64,000 nucleotides of DNA from assembly GCA_902789265.1 (NCBI GenBank), contig CADANR010000003.1, forward strand, positions 5,603 to 69,602, given 5' to 3'. A program made the translations under genes and the position numbers. The notes beneath the pieces were generated by a model. That model did not search any database and was not told the DNA's origin. It saw only the letters and a list, made by a program, of their open reading frames with translations. This document shows, one piece after another, positions 49,259 to 57,525 of this stretch. How positions within the stretch are numbered: the stretch's first letter is position 1; every line of letters begins with the position of its first letter. Source of the stretch: an uncultured Lachnospiraceae bacterium. GTDB taxonomy: Bacteria; Bacillota; Clostridia; Lachnospirales; Lachnospiraceae.

Positions 49259-51231
49259 AACGGTCTCCTGTAAAGAGGAATGGTTCCTTCAATGTTTTCA
49301 TTGAGCCAATCCATTTCTATAATTTGTCCGGCGTTCATCTTTTTCAGTTCATGAGGAAGCTTTAATGCCTTACCCATACTGCCTTCGTTAATTACTTCCG
49401 TCTGGGAATGAATCTCTCCTGAGAACGGATCCATCCCCCCGTAAACCATGGCATTCTTAAAGAATGCCATCATTTTTTCCGTCTGGAACGGCAAATTCGG
49501 CGCACGCAGTCCTACCACACCGGTAGAAAGGCCAAACCAGTAGTTAGTCGGTGATGTGGTCTTATCCTGCTCGTTAATATCCCAGGCACCGGAAATCACC
49601 GACTGAATAATCATGGAATAAAATTTACCCCAAAGAATATACGGTGCTCCGATAAAATAATCCTGGTTTACAGTACCGGGCTGGGCCGCATTCATTTCAT
49701 CCGTGGTAATGTTCTGATTAATCTGGAACAGTCCGCTTTTATATCTTGCACCATGTGTTGCGGAATATTCAAGGTCGGCATAAAGCAAAACGCCCTCGTC
49801 AATCCACTCGTCACGGTAATGATCATGCTCGCCGTCGCCCGTGTATTTTAAAGAAACCTTACATTCCGGATCCACAATGGAAACACCGATTGCAAATGCA
49901 TTTAAATTTGCATAGGTACGGGAATGTACGGAATGAACAAGATAACCGACTCTTCTGTCCGTCGGGGAATATCCTTTTGTCAGCATCAGGTTTGCCGCCA
50001 GCACACCGGTTAAAAATGTGGCTTCATACAGTTTTCCGTGATAACAGCGGAAGGACGGATGCGGCTGTCCGATGGAACAGTTTAAAAATTTAATTGTCGG
50101 ATTCGCAATGGCAAGCTGCAGTGTGTTTGTGGCCATTTTGGAAGAAACCGTAAAGATGACTTCGTTCTTATCATCAATGGCTTCCTGAATCACTTCATTA
50201 GCATCGCTGTCATCGGATTTCGCCTGGTAGGTTTTAGATACAACACGGTTTCCGATGATTTCCATCGCATAGATTCTGCCGGCTTCATGCGACTCCACCC
50301 ATCTGGAGTTATTCATATCCTCATCATAGATAAAGGCAACCCTGAGCGGATTCGACGCCGTATAATTCTTGTTATGGTTAAAGATTTCAAAAAGGTTGAC
50401 GGTCTTCTTTTCTACCGCAGGAGTATCGGATAAAAATTCGATATCCTCGACCTTCGTGCTGGAACGAAGCTCCTGTCTTGCCATTTTGATATTCTTAATA
50501 ATCTGATCTTCCGTATCTTCAAAGAGCGATTTCACCGGGAAAACGGATAAGTACAGTAAAAATGCATCCGATACAACCCACCGGTCGCTTTCCTTGATAA
50601 TGGAATGATAAAGTTTCGCAAACTGGAAGAAAGCCGCTTTTAAATCCTGCAGAACCACATCATCCCATATATGCTCCAAATCCTGACCCAAAAGGTCCGC
50701 AAGTTTTGCATATCCGCCGGGTTCGGTAAAGGTAATATAGAATGCCCTGGTCACATTAAAGAAGTCCAGATATTCATAGTAAACCTTTAATTCCTTGCTA
50801 TCTCCCTTCGGCGGAAGAATTCTTGTTACCTCGGAGTGAATGAAGCCCATTTTTAAATAATTGGAAACCGAAACACGCTTGTTTCCTTCCTGAACATAGT
50901 AATTATTCAGATATTCATAGCATTTAATTCCGGTATGTACACCTTCTAAGCGAACGGATTCGCAAAGATTCGACCACTTTGTGGCAAACTCGGTTCTGTC
51001 ATCCAAAAGGGGCATAAAATTATTGGCAAACGCATTGTTTCTGGACATTTCCTTATTACCGACAATATAATTGACCGGCAATTCCAAAACTCCGATATAT
51101 GCTTCGCCGACTGAATCCTTTATTTCGGGAATGGCATCCAAAACCGGAAGGTATGGGGATTTTCCTTCCTTCATTGCTGCCTTCGCAGCTACCTCTCCCA
51201 TTCGTTTTGCAATCTGATAATCTTCTGACAT
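49255..51231 (-). CDS. cytoplasmic protein: ParB/Srx-like N-terminal domain, helical middle region and a BMP (Med/PnrA-type, nucleoside-binding-like) C-terminal domain
   Basis: 658 aa with no signal peptide or lipobox. N-terminus IKCYEYLNNYYVQEGNKRVSVSNYLKMGFIHSEVTRI (ParB-like pattern). C-terminus LRVAFIY...TIKFLNCSIG...RVGYLV...DYFIGAPYILWGKFY...WLNENIEGTIP (BMP-like). Confidence 0.6.
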   Translation of the reverse strand: MSEDYQIAKRMGEVAAKAAMKEGKSPYLPVLDAIPEIKDSVGEAYIGVLELPVNYIVGNKEMSRNNAFANNFMPLLDDRTEFATKWSNLCESVRLEGVHTGIKCYEYLNNYYVQEGNKRVSVSNYLKMGFIHSEVTRILPPKGDSKELKVYYEYLDFFNVTRAFYITFTEPGGYAKLADLLGQDLEHIWDDVVLQDLKAAFFQFAKLYHSIIKESDRWVVSDAFLLYLSVFPVKSLFEDTEDQIIKNIKMARQELRSSTKVEDIEFLSDTPAVEKKTVNLFEIFNHNKNYTASNPLRVAFIYDEDMNNSRWVESHEAGRIYAMEIIGNRVVSKTYQAKSDDSDANEVIQEAIDDKNEVIFTVSSKMATNTLQLAIANPTIKFLNCSIGQPHPSFRCYHGKLYEATFLTGVLAANLMLTKGYSPTDRRVGYLVHSVHSRTYANLNAFAIGVSIVDPECKVSLKYTGDGEHDHYRDEWIDEGVLLYADLEYSATHGARYKSGLFQINQNITTDEMNAAQPGTVNQDYFIGAPYILWGKFYSMIIQSVISGAWDINEQDKTTSPTNYWFGLSTGVVGLRAPNLPFQTEKMMAFFKNAMVYGGMDPFSGEIHSQTEVINEGSMGKALKLPHELKKMNAGQIIEMDWLNENIEGTIPLYRRPL

Positions 51232-51295
51232 ATAAAACTCCTTTAATCAGCCATCCCCATCCGAAAAAACTCACTCCAAAAATCGGATCAATAAA

Positions 51296-52093
51296 TTACT
51301 GACAGAAATATCCAATCAGATTTGACTCCGGTTCCGTAAAAATCCCCCATGCATGTTCATGATTCCAATCCCCGTTATTATAGATTTCATACCATTCCAC
51401 TCTCTCAAGGCCGGCTTCATCAAACTCATCGGTTAAAACACCGACCGGCATTTCATAATAGGACTTCGGTTCAATCCCACTGCAGTATAGATCAATCTGA
51501 TCATGCATAAAATGCGAATCCGTATAAAAATATAAAACCTCATATCCGGCGCCCTGCATAATACTTGGCTGCATCTTCCATTTCACCTTTTCTGCCCCGT
51601 CCGGAATACTATCCGGAAAGAAATAATACCGGTCCGGATTTTTTTCCTTCAATTCCCGGATATCCTTCACATAAGCAGATTTTCCTTCCGGAACGGCAAT
51701 ATTAATCAAAGCGAAGAAAAACGAACCATAAAACACCGTTGCCAAAACTATGAAAAATAATGCTGTTGTATTTGGCGTTAAAATTTTACTTTTTTTCGGT
51801 CGTGGTTCTGTAAAAGGAACATTTGCTTTTACCGCTGCTTTTCTTTTTTTGTCCCATTCCTTGATTTTTTTATTCAGGACATCCCGGTCTTCAAAAATTG
51901 CCGCCTGCGACCAGAGAATATTTAAAGCAAGAAGAACCGATGACATGGTAAGCCATGCTGCATGAAGAATACTGAAATTTCTGAAGCAAAGCACTAAAAG
52001 CCATAACTCCACACCTGCATTCAGTATGGCACATACAAAAAAAGTCAAATTAACGGATTCTTTAAAACTTTTCTTATTCTTTGTCTCTTCCAT
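51296..52093 (-). CDS. hypothetical membrane protein
   Basis: Three hydrophobic segments followed by a soluble C-terminal domain. ATG 52093 is preferred to TTG 52111; neither has a strong RBS. Confidence 0.55.
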   Translation of the reverse strand: MEETKNKKSFKESVNLTFFVCAILNAGVELWLLVLCFRNFSILHAAWLTMSSVLLALNILWSQAAIFEDRDVLNKKIKEWDKKRKAAVKANVPFTEPRPKKSKILTPNTTALFFIVLATVFYGSFFFALINIAVPEGKSAYVKDIRELKEKNPDRYYFFPDSIPDGAEKVKWKMQPSIMQGAGYEVLYFYTDSHFMHDQIDLYCSGIEPKSYYEMPVGVLTDEFDEAGLERVEWYEIYNNGDWNHEHAWGIFTEPESNLIGYFCQ

Positions 52094-52123
52094 TTTTCTG
52101 TCTTTAATCAACCCAACATCTCT

Positions 52124-53488
52124 TTAATTCTTAAAGCTGTGAATCGGTGCGGGAATTCTTCCGCCGCGGTTTACGAAATCATCGCAGGAGAAGGAATTGA
52201 CCGGCATAATCGGTGCATGACCTAAAAGTCCGCCGAACTCCACATTCTCTCCGACTCCTTTTCCGATGACCGGAATAATACGAACCGCCGTGGTCTTTGC
52301 ATTTACCATACCGATTGCAAGTTCATCCGCAATAATACCGGAAATTGTTGTTGCCTTGGTATCTCCCGGAATTGCAATCATATCAAGTCCGACGGAGCAG
52401 ACACAGGTCATTGCCTCTAATTTCTCTATTGTCAAAGCGCCTGCTTCCACTGCATTAATCATGCCCTGATCCTCGGAAACCGGGATAAATGCACCGCTTA
52501 AGCCACCGACATAGGAAGATGCCATAACGCCGCCCTTCTTCACCTGGTCATTTAAAAGTGCAAGTGCTGCGGTCGTACCGGGTGCGCCGGCGTGTTCCAA
52601 ACCGATTTCACAAAGAATATCCGCAACCGAATCACCGATTGCCGGTGTCGGTGCAAGCGATAAATCTATAATTCCGAAAGGAACACCGAGTCTTGCGGAT
52701 GCTTCCTTTGCAACAAGCTGTCCGACACGCGTTACTTTGAATGCCGTCTTTTTCACGGTTTCGCAGAGCACTTCGAAATTCTCTCCTCTGACTTTCTCTA
52801 ACGCGGTTTTTACAACGCCCGGACCGGAAACACCGACATGAACCACGCAGTCACCTTCCGTAACACCGTGGAAAGCACCTGCCATAAACGGATTATCATC
52901 CGGCGCATTGCAGAATACCACGAGTTTCGCGCATCCCAAAGAATCCTGCTCCTTCGTCTTTTCCGCGGTTTCTTTAATAATGTCACCCATTAAACGAACC
53001 GCATCCATATTGATTCCGGTCTTGGTGGAACCCAAGTTTATGGAAGAACAAACACGGTCCGTTGTGGAAAGCGCCAAAGGAATGGATTTCATCAAAAGCT
53101 CATCGGAAGGCGTACTTCCCTTGCTGACAAGTGCCGAATAACCGCCGATAAAATTGACACCGACTTCCTTTGCCACGTCATCCAGCGTCTTTGCAATCTG
53201 AGCAAAATCCTCAGGCGTTTTGCAGCATGCCGAACCGATAATACCGATCGGCGTAACGGAAATACGTTTATTGACAATCGGAATACCGAATTCCTTCTCA
53301 ATATCTTTTCCTGTTTTCACAAGGTTTTTCGCCTTGTTATAGATTTTGTCATGGATTTTTTCGCAGCATTTGTTTAAATCCGCATCCATGCAGTCAAGAA
53401 GCGAGATTCCCATTGTAATGGTTCTGACATCGAGATTCTCCTTCTGGATCATTTCATTTGTTTCTATTACTTCACGTCTTGTAATCAC
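52124..53488 (-). CDS. UPF0210 / DUF711 family protein
   Basis: 454 aa with a GTG start and GAGG RBS. Contains ...[17 protein letters not shown]..., characteristic of the family. Paired with the ACT protein. Confidence 0.85.
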   Translation of the reverse strand: MITRREVIETNEMIQKENLDVRTITMGISLLDCMDADLNKCCEKIHDKIYNKAKNLVKTGKDIEKEFGIPIVNKRISVTPIGIIGSACCKTPEDFAQIAKTLDDVAKEVGVNFIGGYSALVSKGSTPSDELLMKSIPLALSTTDRVCSSINLGSTKTGINMDAVRLMGDIIKETAEKTKEQDSLGCAKLVVFCNAPDDNPFMAGAFHGVTEGDCVVHVGVSGPGVVKTALEKVRGENFEVLCETVKKTAFKVTRVGQLVAKEASARLGVPFGIIDLSLAPTPAIGDSVADILCEIGLEHAGAPGTTAALALLNDQVKKGGVMASSYVGGLSGAFIPVSEDQGMINAVEAGALTIEKLEAMTCVCSVGLDMIAIPGDTKATTISGIIADELAIGMVNAKTTAVRIIPVIGKGVGENVEFGGLLGHAPIMPVNSFSCDDFVNRGGRIPAPIHSFKN

Positions 53489-53581
53489 GATAATTTACCT
53501 CATTCATTATTATGACTTGCAGCGAGTTAAATATACACATTCATCGCCCGGCAAATCTTCCTTCATTGATCTGTGCATGAC

Positions 53582-53854
53582 TTAAATTCTGTGCATGGAA
53601 TCAAAAATTTCTTCTCTTTGAAGACGAATCACAACTCCGATTTCCTCACCGACTTCCGCAAGCTCGGAAGAAATCTCTTCAAATGCTTTCGGAGATTCAT
53701 TCATATCCACAACCATCATCATGTTGAAATATCCGTGTACAATGGTCTGTGAAATGTCTTCAATATTGATTTTATTATTTGCAAGATAGGTACAAACCTT
53801 TGCAATAATGCCGACTCCGTCTTTTCCCACTACGGTAATAATTGTTTTCTTCAT
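53582..53854 (-). CDS. ACT domain protein (UPF0237 family)
   Basis: 90 aa: MKKTIITVVGKDGVGIIAKVCTYLANNKINIEDISQT. RBS AGGAG. Confidence 0.85.
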   Translation of the reverse strand: MKKTIITVVGKDGVGIIAKVCTYLANNKINIEDISQTIVHGYFNMMMVVDMNESPKAFEEISSELAEVGEEIGVVIRLQREEIFDSMHRI

Positions 53855-53946
53855 AGCAATTGCTCCTTGTATGTTATTTCTTTAACAATCTATTATATAC
53901 GTAAATTAAATAAATTACAATTTTACATTAATCCGGATTTTTCTTA

Positions 53947-54744
53947 CTAGCATTCCAGCGTCTGTGAAACTGCCCCGCGCTTTGCCACGGTAATCGGAAA
54001 ATCATTGCCGTCATAAGGATTGTCCCCGATGGTTACCTCTAACTTTACGGTTTCATATGCAAGCTCCGGCAGGTTATTTTCATGACTCAAATGACCGAGC
54101 TGAATATAACGGATTCCGTCATGCAAAAGTCTGGATAACAGTCTTCCGCATGCCTCGTTGGACAAATGCCCTTTTTCTCCCAGGATTCGCTGTTTTAACG
54201 GATACGGATAATTTCCGACCTGCAGCATATTGATATCATGATTCGCTTCCAAGAACAGCAAATCGAAGCCCTGCAGGGCATCCACAATATTCTGGTCATA
54301 AGTTCCGAGATCGGTTAAAATAGCCGCCTTCTTTGCATTTTCATAAAAACGGTACGCCACCGGTTCTCTTGCATCATGTGAAATCCGAAGCGGGTCCACT
54401 TCCAAATCATTTACCAGAAACGGAAGTTCCGCTTCAATCGGATGAAAAAGAGAATAATCCAATTCCCCCAGGCTCTTTGTCTGGCGGATTCCTTCAAAGG
54501 TTCCTCTTGTTGCATAAATCGGAATGCCGTATTTTCTGGAAAGTACCCCAAGGCCCCCGATATGATCGATATGTTCATGTGTTATCAGAATTGCATCAAT
54601 ATCATTCGTGGTAAGGTCGATGGAATTCAATCCCTCTTCCGTTTTCTTCCCGCTGATTCCGGTATCCACCAGAATATGTGTATGATCGTTTCCGACGTAG
54701 ATGCAGTTTCCGTTGCTTCCGCTGCTTAAACTGACAAGTCTCAT
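53947..54744 (-). CDS. MBL-fold metallo-hydrolase (YycJ/WalJ-like)
   Basis: 265 aa with the HEHIDH motif. Confidence 0.8.
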   Translation of the reverse strand: MRLVSLSSGSNGNCIYVGNDHTHILVDTGISGKKTEEGLNSIDLTTNDIDAILITHEHIDHIGGLGVLSRKYGIPIYATRGTFEGIRQTKSLGELDYSLFHPIEAELPFLVNDLEVDPLRISHDAREPVAYRFYENAKKAAILTDLGTYDQNIVDALQGFDLLFLEANHDINMLQVGNYPYPLKQRILGEKGHLSNEACGRLLSRLLHDGIRYIQLGHLSHENNLPELAYETVKLEVTIGDNPYDGNDFPITVAKRGAVSQTLEC

Positions 54745-57354
54745 TTAATCCGCTCCTAAAGTGATTTCTTCCCAGTGGATATCCACGATTGCACCGTCCG
54801 GTAAATCCTGCATATAATTCGCAACCGGCACGCCGTTTACCTTGGTCACTATTTTTCTTCCCCGGGAATCTTTTAAATCAAAATTAATATAATCAAAAAC
54901 ATCTACGAAAATGTATTTCTCTTTTCCCTTCATTACAATTGGTTCGCCGTTAACGGATACCACGAACTTCTTGTCAACCCTGCTTTCCGGGCGTTCCGTT
55001 TTATAAGAATTCATTAAATCATCATCGTAAATTGCTTCTGCATTTGTCTCTTTTACTGATTCATATGATTTTACTTTTTCCGTTCTAAAGGAATTTTCAC
55101 TGCCGGATTCGCTTTCTTCAGGTTCGGAATAGATATCGGAATAAAATAATTCTTCTTCATACAAATTCGTTCCGATATTAATCACGTCTCCGTCCTGAAT
55201 TTCATAATACGGACTTTCTTCATGGTTATTTACGATAATCACTAAATCCTCATCCACAAATTTCCGGTATTCCGCAAGATTCTCGATTCTGCATTTTGCA
55301 TCCTCACCTCTCGTGGAAAATGTGATATTTACCTGATCGTTCTTGTGAACAATCGTATGAATATTTGCGGCATTTCCGTTTACGGTAACTGAAGCTGCTT
55401 CCCCGAGACCGCCTTTTAATAAACGGATTTCCCCGTTAATTGTAAATCGTATGGATTTCCCACGTCTCGGAAATATGCTGTCATTCGGAACAGCCATCTG
55501 CATTAATGCATCCGCCACATGGAGATTTCCGTTATTGTATAATTTCACGCGTTCATTATTGACATTGACATAGATGAAATTATTGTTCTGCTCATAATAA
55601 TTCAAACAGATTCCAAGAGGCGTTACGCTCATTGCATCATGATGCGAATTCGCTTCGTGGAATACAAATTTCGTCATCAGTTCCTCGCCGCGAAGTGCCA
55701 CACGGTTTACCGGAATATCCATTGCATTTGCAAGTGCTTCGGAATAGCCTTCCACCATTCCGCCGCCTCCGACGACAAAAATTGCGCTGACCGGAGTTCC
55801 TCCGTTTAATTCCTTCATGCATTTTGCAACTTCGTCAGCCATATCCACAAGAATCGGACGAATCAATTTTAAGATTTCCGCTTTCGTAATTGTCTGAGGA
55901 AGTCCCATGATATCTTCATACGTAACTTCTTCTAAAACGGATATACCTTTTTTGATGGATTCCGCGGTTGCAAAATCCACAAGACAATGCTTTGCGATTG
56001 CTTCCGTTAATGCATCTCCGGCTCTCGGAATCATGCCGTATGCGGTAATTGCACCGTCATTCGTAATACAGATATCCGATGTACCTGCACCGACATCCAC
56101 AAGCGCAATATTCAGTAACCGGAACTTCTCCGGAATGGCTACCATGGATGCGGCAATCGGCTCGAGAGTTAAATTGGATACCTCAAGTCCTGCCATTTCC
56201 ACGGCACGATATAAACCGTCGATTACTTCTTCCGGCAGGAAGGTTGCAATCAAATCCAATGCAATCAGATGGCCCTTTTGATTCTCGAGATTACCGATTA
56301 TATTTCCGTTTAAGTACTGTTTAGTTACAGAGTAACCGACAAGATAATACTTTTCCGGATTATCTGCCGGTTTTATTTGTCTTTTTTCAAATTCGGAATA
56401 TGCTTTTTCCAAAGCCATGGATTCGAGTTCATAAATCTCATCGCCTTCAATCAGAATATCCGCTTCAAAGGCAAGTTCCTCATGAATATTCATGGTCTTT
56501 AAAACACGTCCTGCGGCTGCGATACAAACCTTCTTTAAGATGGTTTCACATTTTTCTTCCAGGGCATTCTTTACATCACGAATCGTTTCCGCAACTCTTC
56601 CGACATCATGAATCTGACCGTCTAACATTGCACGTGTATCATGCTCTTTGCTTACTTCGGCAGTTACGTGGAAAATTCCGCCTTTCATATATCCAACCGT
56701 TCCGACAACGGATCTTGTTCCGATATCCAGACCGAATACCGGCTCCGTCATCAGAACATCAATCTGTTCATAAAGTTCCTTTAAGCCTTTGGAATTATCG
56801 ATTACATGATCTGCGAAAGATGCATATTCCGAATCTGAAAACTGTCTTGATATAATGGAGTTGCATTTTTCCTCGGAGTATCCGCGCGTCTTCATAAGGC
56901 GGTCTTTCCTGTTCTCTTCCCCCGCCGTAACAAGCCAGAGTTCATCCAAAATATCAAGAAAACCTGCTTCCACAAAAATCGCAGATTCAATAATAATGGT
57001 GCGTTCCGGATTCTTTATCCGTTCTTCCGAAATGTGCTTTTCCACATATCTTCTGACCGCCGGGTGTACGATATCATTGATACCTTTTAACAGCTCTTCA
57101 TTTGAAAAAATCAATTCCGCGACTTTCGGCTTGTTCAATTCACCATCCGGCAAAACTACTTCGTCGGAAAGCAACGCAACAATGGGTGCGAAACACTCCC
57201 CACCCTTTTTCTCCATATCATTAGCAATATCATCCGCAGGCATAATCAGACAGTCATACTGTTCTTCCAAATACTTAAGGACTGTCGATTTGCCGCATCC
57301 GACACCACCCGTGACACCTATTATTTTTCCCTGTTTTGTACTATTGTTTAGCAT
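54745..57354 (-). CDS. dephospho-CoA kinase domain fused in frame to an FtsA/actin-like ATPase and a C-terminal region with three VNG-type beta-grasp-like segments
   Basis: 869 aa. Residues 1-~200 are CoaE (IIGVTGGVGCGKST). From M202 (ATG at 56751) it reads MTEPVFGLDIGTRSVVG...DVGAGTSDI...VVGGGG (actin fold). The tail contains FTINGE.., VTVNGN.., VSVNGEP.. and KVNGVP..DGAIVDI. Confidence 0.65.
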   Translation of the reverse strand: MLNNSTKQGKIIGVTGGVGCGKSTVLKYLEEQYDCLIMPADDIANDMEKKGGECFAPIVALLSDEVVLPDGELNKPKVAELIFSNEELLKGINDIVHPAVRRYVEKHISEERIKNPERTIIIESAIFVEAGFLDILDELWLVTAGEENRKDRLMKTRGYSEEKCNSIISRQFSDSEYASFADHVIDNSKGLKELYEQIDVLMTEPVFGLDIGTRSVVGTVGYMKGGIFHVTAEVSKEHDTRAMLDGQIHDVGRVAETIRDVKNALEEKCETILKKVCIAAAGRVLKTMNIHEELAFEADILIEGDEIYELESMALEKAYSEFEKRQIKPADNPEKYYLVGYSVTKQYLNGNIIGNLENQKGHLIALDLIATFLPEEVIDGLYRAVEMAGLEVSNLTLEPIAASMVAIPEKFRLLNIALVDVGAGTSDICITNDGAITAYGMIPRAGDALTEAIAKHCLVDFATAESIKKGISVLEEVTYEDIMGLPQTITKAEILKLIRPILVDMADEVAKCMKELNGGTPVSAIFVVGGGGMVEGYSEALANAMDIPVNRVALRGEELMTKFVFHEANSHHDAMSVTPLGICLNYYEQNNNFIYVNVNNERVKLYNNGNLHVADALMQMAVPNDSIFPRRGKSIRFTINGEIRLLKGGLGEAASVTVNGNAANIHTIVHKNDQVNITFSTRGEDAKCRIENLAEYRKFVDEDLVIIVNNHEESPYYEIQDGDVINIGTNLYEEELFYSDIYSEPEESESGSENSFRTEKVKSYESVKETNAEAIYDDDLMNSYKTERPESRVDKKFVVSVNGEPIVMKGKEKYIFVDVFDYINFDLKDSRGRKIVTKVNGVPVANYMQDLPDGAIVDIHWEEITLGAD

Positions 57355-57391
57355 GCCAACCCATTTTTAATCTTAATACTCCTGTCAGCAA

Positions 57392-57512
57392 GTGATTTGC
57401 TGGTTACTGAGGCGGGCTCTATAGAACGGGAGCAAAGCTTTTTCTTATCGTTTACAATAAAGTAAAAATTGCGACCCTCTACGAGAACGCCGAAGTAATT
57501 CCTGCAATCACG
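57392..57512. repeat. 121-nt imperfect-palindrome structured element (family 1, copy B)
   Basis: gtgatttgctggttactgaggcgggctctatagaacgggagcaa...attgcgaccctctacgagaacgccgaagtaattcctgcaatcacg. Same orientation as copy A. Lies between the polA stop and the CoaE-fusion start. Confidence 0.75.
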
Positions 57513-57525
57513 CAGCAAACAGTAT

